Of a DNA stretch of 64,000 bases, positions 54,140 through 64,000 are shown piece after piece; positions within the stretch are counted from its first letter, which is position 1, and every line of letters begins with the position of its first letter. This stretch comes from Owenia fusiformis (taxonomy: Eukaryota), in the NCBI GenBank assembly GCA_903813345.2, contig CAIIXF020000001.1:28086001-28150000 (forward strand), written 5' to 3'. The notes beneath the pieces were generated by a model, which was not told the DNA's origin, did not search any database, and saw nothing but the letters and a program-made list of their open reading frames with translations. The translations under genes were made by a program, and so were the position numbers.

Positions 54140-54790
54140 TCATGTTTCAGCACTGTTTGCTTGAAGAGACATCTTTTGCTTCATTTTGTCTTTATAAGCG
54201 TGTTTTAATGCCATTAGTTCGTTTTGTAGAGAACTGATTTCACATGATGAAGTTAGAACTTTCTTGAAGCAAGCCTGACTCTGTTTTAAGGCCTGTGGTA
54301 CAAGAACACCAAACCATTTTATGGGATCAACTGTATTATCATCATTTGACTTTGATTCCTTGCTTTTTAAATCACTTTCATCTTTCTTAACATTTAATTC
54401 TTCAATTCCCCTGGTCACATCATCAACGGTTGACTTGATGTTCCTTTTCCTAACAGCAGTTTTCTCTTTATCAATCTCGGCTGTTGTTGTATCATTAGGA
54501 CCAGTTAATTCAAACTTAAAAGCATCAGTATCAAACATAGATTCTGTATAAACATCAACCAAAGCACTTGCCACCATTTCCTTCTCATTATACTGCACAG
54601 TGGACACTGACTTATTCCCCATGGAATATCGGGCTTTTGACATTAGGAAATATCCATCCTTTAGTGTTGATTCCAATGATTGACGTGTCTCATTGAGTTG
54701 AGATAAGACATCAAACACCTTTAATGTAATGTTGTCCAGCTCTCCACATACCTCGTGGTATTCCGAGGCAACATTCTCTGGCATTGTCAT
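54140..54790 (-). CDS. CCDC115: Coiled-coil domain-containing protein 115 / V-ATPase assembly factor VMA22
   Basis: 216-aa single coding exon with LKDGYFLMSKARYSMGNKSVS and DPIKWFGVLVPQALKQSQACF, typical of CCDC115/Vma22. A splice acceptor lies 2 nt before the ATG (54793) and a candidate 5'-UTR exon donor at 55439. Confidence 0.93.
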   Translation of the reverse strand: MTMPENVASEYHEVCGELDNITLKVFDVLSQLNETRQSLESTLKDGYFLMSKARYSMGNKSVSTVQYNEKEMVASALVDVYTESMFDTDAFKFELTGPNDTTTAEIDKEKTAVRKRNIKSTVDDVTRGIEELNVKKDESDLKSKESKSNDDNTVDPIKWFGVLVPQALKQSQACFKKVLTSSCEISSLQNELMALKHAYKDKMKQKMSLQANSAET

Positions 54791-54877
54791 TCCTGGAAAG
54801 ATAAAAGTATATGAGCAAAAGTATACATCCAGGCCTGAACAAATGGTAGAGGTGTACCTATAAGAGAATCCAGGTAC

Positions 54878-55026
54878 CTCTGGCGGATCTGGGGGGGGGG
54901 GGGGCTGGGGGCCATAAAAATTTTGGGCCCAAAGAAACTGTGCCTTTTAAGACCTTATTTTTTAATTTCAGGCCAAATTAAGAAGAAAATGCCCCTCCCC
55001 CTTGTTGGTTCCCAGATCCGCCCCTG
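54878..55026. mobile_element. GC-ended MITE in the predicted CCDC115 5'-UTR intron
   Basis: GGTAC|CTCTGGCGGATCTGGG...CCCAGATCCGCCCCTG|GGGAC. A second, shorter copy lies at 55251-55334. Confidence 0.65.
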
Positions 55027-55439
55027 GGGACCGCCATCCACCACCCACTCTGTGTACCAGGGAACAAATCTTTTTTTCTTGGTACACAGAGAGTAGAAGG
55101 TTGGATTTCCAAAACAGGACAGCCTTTTGTTCTTGTTTTATATGTCTCTGTACAGAGGCACTGTATCCCTTGAAGCCAAAATGCATTTCAATGAAGTAAT
55201 CAGCATATGCTTCAATCACGTAATCTGATGATGATGAAAAGACAATTATGCACTAGCGGATCTGGAGGGCAAAAATTGGATCCAAAATATTAGCCCCCCC
55301 CCCCCCCCCCCTCTTCATTTTTAGATCCGCCCCTTATCATGTGGTTGTGACTGTACTGTATTTCAATGAACTCTATACTCACTCTAAGATATTCCAGTAA
55401 TCTTTTTACAATTTTGGTGAGAATCTAGGTTTATCTCAC

Positions 55440-55830
55440 TGTTTGAAAGCATAGATGTACGTGATTTCACTTCTTAATCAAGATATATCAATAGATAATA
55501 AAAATTCGAATCGAAATATTGTCACTTCCGTGTTTCTACCAACCGGAAGTAATTGGACCACATTTTGAAAATTAGTTTAGACTGTAATTCTAATTGAAAA
55601 TGTAAATAAAACGATTTTTGAGACTAAGAAAATAGATTTTATGCAAACTTCTGTAACAATATAGAGTTGCAATATCTTACAAAGGAGGTCAGGAGGTTTA
55701 AAGTTAAAATATTTTGGCGACGTAAACTTATCACATTAAAAATCCAAGATGGAGAACAATTTTTTTTATTTTTTGTGAAAATTCGTAAATATTACAAATA
55801 TCGAGCAATTGCATCACATAATTGAATACG
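55440..55830. promoter_or_regulatory. Probable bidirectional promoter for CCDC115 and FBXO42
   Basis: Head-to-head gene arrangement. Inverted ETS-type cores CACTTCCG (55523-55530) and ACCGGAAGT (55542-55550); YY1-like CAAGATGG (55745-55752). Confidence 0.6.
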
Positions 55831-58800
55831 ATGGACTGTTCAGAGGATTCTGCAAACATGGCTGGAATCTCGGACCTACCAGAGGAGGTTCAGGAACATA
55901 TTCTGTCAATGTTATCGCCATACAGAGATCTTCGATCCTGCATGAATGTTTGCAAATTATGGCATGAGCTGACAAAAGGTAGGCCTCGTCTACCAATAAA
56001 CAACTTATAGATGACACGTATTAGCTTGAAATCACGTTTGACTAGAAAAGTTACCCCACAAAAGCAGCCCTGTCAACCCTCACGCAGGCGTGATTGTCAC
56101 GCATTTGCCACAGGAAGTTGTATTAAGTCCTTTTTGGGCCCTAACGGCCTTCTGCCCTCCCCCAATCTCACACAACAGACGAATCTATAAGGATGCCAAC
56201 AAACATCTAGACCTGAAAAAAAAATGAAATCAAAACAAAGTTTTTTACAAGATCCTTGTTCAAAAAGCCTCCAAACTCGCTCAATATGGAGTAAAAATAC
56301 TTCTCAATTGAAAAGAAACAAAAAAAGCACGAGCTGACAGATGCTTGATGACGATATAAGCCCTGCAAAACATCTACCCATCAAAACTCGACGAAATGGA
56401 AGGAAATGAAAAATTCAAATATTTACCGACTCTGTAACTCTTCAATGACACAAGGTACTACAAAAAATGTTAAATCTGATAAACCTTACACTATAAGCTT
56501 TGTATATTTTTGCAAATACTTAGCTGATTTAGCGTACATACCTTTAAATCTCAAATCTTTCTAGACTTTATTTTTCAAACTTTTCGGAAATGCCAATATG
56601 GCCGATGGACACCCCAAAAAAATTTCATGATCAAATTAAACAAGTAATGTATTAATAAAATAATAATTTCTGTCTCCTAAAATTACATTTAAGAATTATC
56701 TTGGTTTGATTTATGTTATTCAATGCTCAAATACGGTTTAATTGTAAAAATGATCATGACCTACTTTTAGGCTGGCCAATCCAATCGCAAAAGATTATTA
56801 GATCCGTAAACGTGTCATGGGCGCTGAAAGAAAAGTTTCTCAAAAAATTCAAATTTGAAATAACTATCAATACGGCATGATTTTCAATATATATTGGTAA
56901 ATCATAACAGTATTTCTAGTCAAATACGTAAAAGGAAAAAGAAGACGAAATTTGAAAAGCAACATTACAGCAGGAAGGGAGCTACAGAGTCGGTAAATAT
57001 TTGAATTTTTCATTTCCTTCCATTTCGTCGAGTTTTGATGGGTAGATGTTTTGCAGGGCTTATATCGTCATTAAGCATCTGTCAGCTCGTGCTTTTTTTG
57101 TTTCTTTTCAATTGAGAAGTATTTTTACTCCATATTGAGCGAGTTTGGAGGCTTTTTGAACAAGGATCTTGTAAAAAACTTTGTTTTGATTTCATTTTTT
57201 TTTCAGGTCTAGATGTTTGTTGGCATCCTTATAGATTCGTCTGTTGTGTGAGATTGGGGGAGGGCAGAAGGCGGTTAGGGCCCAAAAAGGACTTAATACA
57301 ACTTCCTGTGGCATTTGCAGGAAAAATCACACATCAATCTAGAGTCTATGATCAAATATCACGTAAAAAACACCCATTATGTTGATATTTTTAGAAATTG
57401 TTTTTTATGAAATGACGATACGGTAAAAATCCTAACAGCGAAAAAAGCGAACGCATTCCGTTTGGTTTTCGCACCGATTGCCGTTCATGACACGCATTTG
57501 GTACGAAAGATGTGTATATATCACGCATTTGTTTCGAAAATATTTACACCTACCCGAAAATCCACCAACCCATTTTTAAAAGTTACAAAATTGTTATTTA
57601 TCTTTGCCTCTGAGCCTTCATATTCTCCCTGTTTGTTGAAAACCTATCCATAGACAAGCAATTAACATAAAATTTGATTCACTGTCGATTGCAGGGGGCC
57701 ATCGTCTTCTGTCTTTGACGTCGCAAACTAGAGCGATTTGGGCAAACGATTTCCTTTCATCTTGCTGCCCACATTGGTGTGACGTGATATGTTGAAACGG
57801 GCTTCTGACTATCCTGTATATAATCAATGACATCTCGATAAACACTTGACTAAAAACAGAATTGAGGATACAAGTGTTTTGCTTTAAACAGCGGTATTCA
57901 TGATAATGTCTAGTGATATCATATGGTGTATTATTGAAAGATATACATTGCATTTAAAAATGATGAATAATTGGAATTTTAATTCTTTTCATCGAACCAA
58001 AGAACAAAATGGGCAGTAAGATGGAAAATTAACCATCATGAAGGCAGCTCACTGCAGTCGATTGATTACGATATTTTGATGGCTGAAGTAGACCTTCTTT
58101 ACGAACGACTAAAGTATGGTTGCACTTGAGAAAACTCAAGATTTGATTCCTTACCTTTCGTTTGTATATCACTAGTTTCAGCACAAGCAACAACCTGACA
58201 ATTACAGAGATGTTTCATCCACTTCTTTGAAATGTATTTGCAACCGAATTAATTTGTTTTACTTCATTTATATGGTGTTATTTGCAATGTTTTTGTATCT
58301 GGTGTTAAATTTTAAAATATTTTCAATTAACTTAGTTCGTAAAAAAAAATGAAATTAAATTCATAAAAACTACTCAGATCTAAAAATGCTGATTGATTGA
58401 GATGTTTATTCAGAAATAACCTCTACATGTGAGGGTGGAATATCTGATAGAAACTAGCGATATAGGGACGAAAAGCTGAACACTTGAATTTTTTCAATGG
58501 GTAACTTGGAATGAGGCACACTCAGCACCAGTGTATCTGATGTTTCTATTATGAAAGGTATAACATGCAGAAATATTTCTTTATTTTTCCAGGCATCATT
58601 GTTCAAAAGTACCAGTCATTTAATAAATCACTAGAAACCCTAGATGTAGAATGGATGCCTCTTGTTCCGGAAGCCGGGCCGACTATCAGTGATCGTCACT
58701 CCCACAGCAGTTGCTACTTTGACAAGTCAATGTATGTGTTTGGTGGTTGTACTTCCACCAGTACAACCTTTAATGATCTGTGGAGATTAGATCTTGCCAC

Positions 58801-61800
58801 AAGACAATGGATCAGACCCCTTGCAATTGGTGAGTAGTAATTATATTGTAAATCCAAACCCTCCTTATACCAATCAGATGAACAAAAACATATTATCAAT
58901 TTTATGTTTTTTCATCGGTTTAAATAATTCTCAATTTTCATTAAAAAATATGAGTCAAGGGCATAAATGCCAATCTGTCTATATTTTGCCCATAAAAAAG
59001 TCCAATGAACCAACTCCTTAAGCCATGTCATTTTTTCAGGTACCTATCCTTCCCCTAAGGCTTGTGCCAGTATGGTTGTTTATAGAAATAGCTTGGTGTT
59101 ATTTGGAGGCTGGAGCCATCCTACACCATACCCTTTACATCAGGTACATATTTACTTCTTTGGGCAATTGGCACATGACATACATGTACTGTTATCACAA
59201 CAGCAAGAATACCATTTATGTGTTTAACTTTAGCGATGTAAAATCCAAATAGTGCCAAGATTTGATTAGGTTATGGCCATGATGTCTAAAAAGGATGGCC
59301 ATTTTGATCTCCAATTGCAATATTTATCACATTGTGTCTTGTTCACAATGCTCGGATGTTCTATCGCAAATCTCCATTAACTTAGAGCAAATTATAACCA
59401 AGTTCATTCTTTATGTATCAACCCTTTCATCCTCTATTTTTATTGATATGTCTCTGTATAAAATGATTCATATGATTCCAGGCAGCCAGATTCTTCAGTG
59501 AGCTTCATGTGTACACCCCATCAAGTAACAGATGGAATCATGTGTTCACTAGAGGCTGCCCCCCTCCCACTGCAGGCCACTCAGCCTCCATTGTTGGAGA
59601 TACTATGATTGTATTTGGGGGATCCCACGGCCATGGTGCTAGGTAAGTGTATTGTGCTTATACTGTAGTTTGTTGCTCAAAATCTTTACATTTTGGTCTT
59701 TTCCTAGTTTTCATCAATTTGAAATTTCACAAATATAAATATGGGAATATGGATATCTCTCAAATGTTGAATATTTTTAAGAATTCTGACATTCACCTTA
59801 TTATTGACAGTACATTACAGTGCAGGTACACCAATAAATTAAGTTATTTAAGTCCTATTGCTTGTTTCCAGCTCAGGAGATTTGTGGTCATTGGATCTGA
59901 AAGAGATGTTATGGAGCAAACATGAGATACCAGGTCATAGGAAGCCGAGGCCAAGATATGGCCAATCACAGGTCGTGTTAGATGACAACAATATACTTAT
60001 ACTAGGAGGATGTGGGGGTCCGAACATGGTAGGTCAAAAGTAGAGTGTCCTTTTCCTCATTTTAATATCCCTATTGCAAAAATATTACAATACGAAATAG
60101 CATAGGTTTTGGGCCGATATAAAGATGGCAGCACCAGAATCCCATATTGATATCTTCTCTATCAACCTTAGCCTATGCAAAATACTAGTATGATTAAGTC
60201 TACTTATTTGTTAGTTTTCTATATTTTTCTGTCATTGTACCAACTTAATATTGGTTCATTAAACGATACAAGAAAATACAGGCTTATGGACCATGCTAGC
60301 CAATGCGAAATATGTTATTGGATCGTGTAACTGTGCTAAATATTTCATTATTATATTAAAATTAGACCTAGTTGATATGTACTTAATTGTCCATATGATA
60401 CAAAATATAATTTCAAGATGTGCTCATTTCTTTCAGCAATACAATGATGTGTGGCTGCTATCAATGAACACTTCCCCATGGCAGTGGAAGGAGATACAGG
60501 CTCATGAAGAAGAAAATAGACCTCCTAAATTATGGTGCCATCCTGCTTGCAAGGTACGTCACTTTTGTTTAAAACTGAATGAAGAAAAGAACAAGATCAT
60601 ATTTTGCATGCTCGCTCCCCCAAAGTAACAGTTCATGTATACTCACTGGTAACAGAAACCTTGACCACTATCTGTAAAATGAATTTCAATATGAGTATGT
60701 GGAGTCTAAAGTGTTTTTTTCGGAGTCTAATTTTACATTTTTGTTACATTATTCGTGGTAAACCTCTTGAGAAAATACATAAAACAGGAGTCAGACAAGG
60801 AATAGGTAGTCAGAAACCTTTTAGAAATGTATATTGTGATTAAAAAATAGGAAGGTTATATTTTAAAAAGTATACTACTAATAGGATATCTCTGGTCTCA
60901 CATGGGGGAGTTGCGATAACGCTAAAAATCATTGGTCTGAAAATTTCCTGGTGAAAACCCTGGTATGTATTTATGAGAATTGTCTTAAATTGCAAAAGAT
61001 TTATGGCATGCAACTAAAGAGTGATGTAACCCCTCAAACTATCTTACATAGCCAAAGCCTAGAATCACCCAAGCAGTCACCAAACCCAAACATCAAGTAC
61101 AAGCATCTACCCTATACCTTCTTTATAAAACTAGCAATCTGATGCCCTTATTGGTAACTCTAACTTAAAATACATACACAAAATAGAAAATATTCATATA
61201 CACGTTCTGTAAACAAATCAATAATGTTATTTCCAGGTGGGGAATAAATTGGTGCTCGTTAGTCGCCTAAAGAAACAACCAGTAACCCAAGCAGTGTTAT
61301 CTCAGCAAACAAACTCTGATATAAGAACAAGGACTTCTAAATTGTGGATCCCTCCCACTGAAAATAAAGACAATCCAACACAAAATGTTGAAAAACATGG
61401 AGTAGGTGGTGTAGGGGTGCCTGGTTCAAGCTCAACCAGATCAAGTGCAATCAGGGCAAGTGTACAAGGACCAAGTGCACAAGGATCAAGTGTACAAGGA
61501 CCAAGTGCACAAGGAGGAGCTCCTGCACCAGGAGCAAGTATCTTGACCATTCCAAGGATTTTAAAAAAGACTGGCAAACCAGTGAAACATCCCATGCATT
61601 TATATGTTTTGGATATAAGCACTGTTTTGACTGAAGGGTGTGTTACATGGCAGCCAATCAGAGAGGATGTAGATAGCGACGCCCCTGAGGAGACAATATT
61701 TTATTCCATAGTTGAGGGTCGTGGTGAACTTATTGTGTTTGGAGGTATACAAACTGACTTGAATACTATGTCTAATAGAGGCTACAGTTCTGAACCTCAA

Positions 61801-61851
61801 ATAGTGACCAATCATGTTTATTTCATAGGTTCAAAGAAGTTTATGATCTAG
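55831..61851 (+). CDS. FBXO42: F-box only protein 42 (F-box + Kelch repeats), 7 coding exons
   Basis: Exons 55831-55978, 58593-58829, 59040-59143, 59482-59642, 59872-60028, 60437-60553, 61237-61851(TAG). F-box [22 protein letters not shown]. Kelch segments [64 protein letters not shown]...[27 protein letters not shown]. Confidence 0.95.
56109..57310. mobile_element. Young 1.2-kb foldback DNA transposon with ~332-bp TIRs and 8-bp TSD (P-superfamily-like), in FBXO42 intron 1
   Basis: GCATTTGC|CACAGGAAGTTG ... CAACTTCCTGTG|GCATTTGC. Arms 56109-56440 and 56979-57310 are complementary, with about 3 mismatches seen by eye. No transposase ORF. Confidence 0.92.
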
Positions 61852-63162
61852 TGACTTACATGTCTGATGTATGACCTAAATGTAGTGTATGGTATTTGAA
61901 CTGAAGAGCTTACACCTTGCTGCTTGGAAAATGCCATACATGAAATGATATATAGCCATATCTGTGGCAGTTTATATTGTAGCCTATACATTTTATATGG
62001 ATACACAGTATATGTAGCATTTGGAAAAACATGTATGGTCTTAATCAAATCAACGGTCTCTCTCATTCTAGGGAATTATCCCTCAATGATATCTGAAAAC
62101 ATCTACCTTTCTTAGTAGTACATAGATATGGAGGGAATAAAATTCAACTATGGTTGTTTTTATTGGGAAATCCCCAATGTGTGAGTGCAAAGTATAATGT
62201 CTTTTCCAATAATTTAATTCCCTGGCCCCCAGCAGGGTTCAGGAATACAAACTTTTTAACTTAATGTTCTCTTGCCACCGTTTCCACAATTACATTATTG
62301 ATTCAGGAATTCTTATTTTTATGAAGTTTCTGTTGGTGACCGTATGTTAAGTGTTGAAATTACATGTCATGTCAAAAGCAGTAAAACATAATGATTTGTT
62401 ATTACTTAATAGAATTTTAGTGTTTCACTTGAATCAATTTAACCCCATTTTCAAAAGAATTTACATTCATTTTATTAAACAGTGGATTTAATTTAAATTC
62501 CAAGGTAAGGGGATTACGTTTCAAATTAAAAGTATTGTGATGCTCTTAACCTATTACACACACATTCATTCAACGTCTTAATAGAAATTATTTTTTCATA
62601 TGCATCAATGTTCGCTAATGTTCACTGATCGTTGTCACATTACTTTAAATTCTGACAGTTAATATTTTCATTAGATTTAGAAAAAATAGCAATTCATCTT
62701 GCCATTTCGGTCATTTGACCATCAACTCTCAGATCTTTAACCCAAGCCTTGCATATATGTACATTTTTGTAATGTACATCTACCACTGATTTTTGCTTAA
62801 TTTGGGGCCTGCTTGAATTAAAGAGAGAATCAGGTCTAAAGTAATGGGCAAGCTAAAACAGAATCTTTTTCAATTATCGAATATTTGTGGCTCATATCAT
62901 GTCTATTTTCTACAAATCCCCAAAGTGCATACTTTCTTCCAAGAAAACTAAAGTTTTTTACAATAATGTATTATTATTTTCCATATGGTTACCATTTTTA
63001 TTATCTGGGAGAATTTGAACACTTTTCCCCAATTTTTGCACTTTTAATCCTTAATAACTTCACCAATTTTTTAGACTATTCAATAATAACATATTGTGGG
63101 TATTTTGTGAGATACATGTATTGTATTTGAGATCATAAGAATAGATCGGTAGGTCAATTGTA

Positions 63163-64000
63163 CAGGGTGTCCAAAAAAAACAGGACCGTAAGAAAGTTGA
63201 ATAACTCGGTCAATTTTGTATATTTTGCCTTGAAATTTCAGAATTATTCAGTTCATTTAATGTGAATTCTGTTGTGAAAGTTTGATAATAATCTACCAGT
63301 TGAGTAAAAAACTACAGCTCCTTACAAAACATACCCCAAATGTGCAAATCTCATCTCTATGCATAATACAATCCGGCGAACAAAGCTGTTGATGATCCTC
63401 CTACACACATGTCTTTCTGAATGGACAAATTTGTTCCAAAAACAATTGCTATTTGGGCTTACATCCTCCTGATGAAGTGTTACAGCATCCATTGCATTCT
63501 GAACAATGCACTCCCTGGGTGGCAATGAGGAAACATGGAATCATCAGTCCCTTTTGGTTTGAAGGTGACTGGGGACTTGCTATCACCATGAACAAGGACC
63601 AGTAAGTTCTCACCAAGTTTTGGAGGTCACTTAAAGCACCAAAAGGGACATCTAAGGAGATAATTAAGCAGTGGTTTCAACAAGCCAATACCACCCCAAC
63701 ACTGCAAATGATATGCTGAAAAGGTTTAGGCAATGCTTTGGTGGTCAGCTCATCAGTTGCAGAAAGCAAACCATATGGGCAGCTCATTCGCCTGATCTAA
63801 ATCCCCCAAATTTTTATCTTTGAGGATTTCTCAAAGCCAATGTGTATAGTGACAGGCCCCTAACAATCTTAAGAGGGCAATAACTAACCCAATATTTACC
63901 ATCCACATTAATGTGTATAGGTAAGGATCATTAACAACTTTGTTCGCAGGATTCTTTTGTGCATAGAGAGGAGAAGTGCCCACTTTGAGCATGTTTTGTA
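63163..64000 (+). mobile_element. Decayed Tc1/mariner-superfamily transposon (transposase pseudogene), running off the window
   Basis: Left end TA|CAGGGTGTCC. The + strand encodes HVFLNGQICSKNNCY...PLHSEQCTPWVAMRKHGIISPFWFE, WFQQ, and WAAHSPDLNPPNFYL*GFLKANVY (degenerate WPPRSPDLNPLDFFLWGYLK), with stops and frameshifts. Confidence 0.88.

Noticed and set aside
63322-63525. Minus-strand 67-aa ORF
   Set aside because: It is antisense to the decayed Tc1/mariner transposase on the + strand.

Overview
AT-rich eukaryotic (invertebrate animal, probably lophotrochozoan; inference) genomic DNA with GT-AG introns. From left to right: the 3' part of the ciliary TPR gene TTC25/ODAD4; a two-exon secreted Ser/Thr-rich mucin-like gene with 46-aa repeats; a candidate spliced minus-strand gene for a small secreted 8-Cys peptide; a decayed CR1/L2-type LINE; a 14-exon NRF-6-like/acyltransferase-3 gene with altered catalytic motifs; a ~4 kb array of ~116-bp hairpin-containing repeats framed like a Helentron-type element; two tandem paralogous two-exon genes encoding a stand-alone PEAK1/PRAG1/MPRIP-type C3H motif plus coiled coil, each preceded by RFX X-box-like motifs; head-to-head CCDC115 (VMA22) and FBXO42; and a decayed Tc1/mariner at the right edge. 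Many small non-autonomous DNA transposons still have readable TIRs and target-site duplications. Exon structures were read by eye from splice signals and frame continuity. Family assignments come from recalled motifs, not from database searches.
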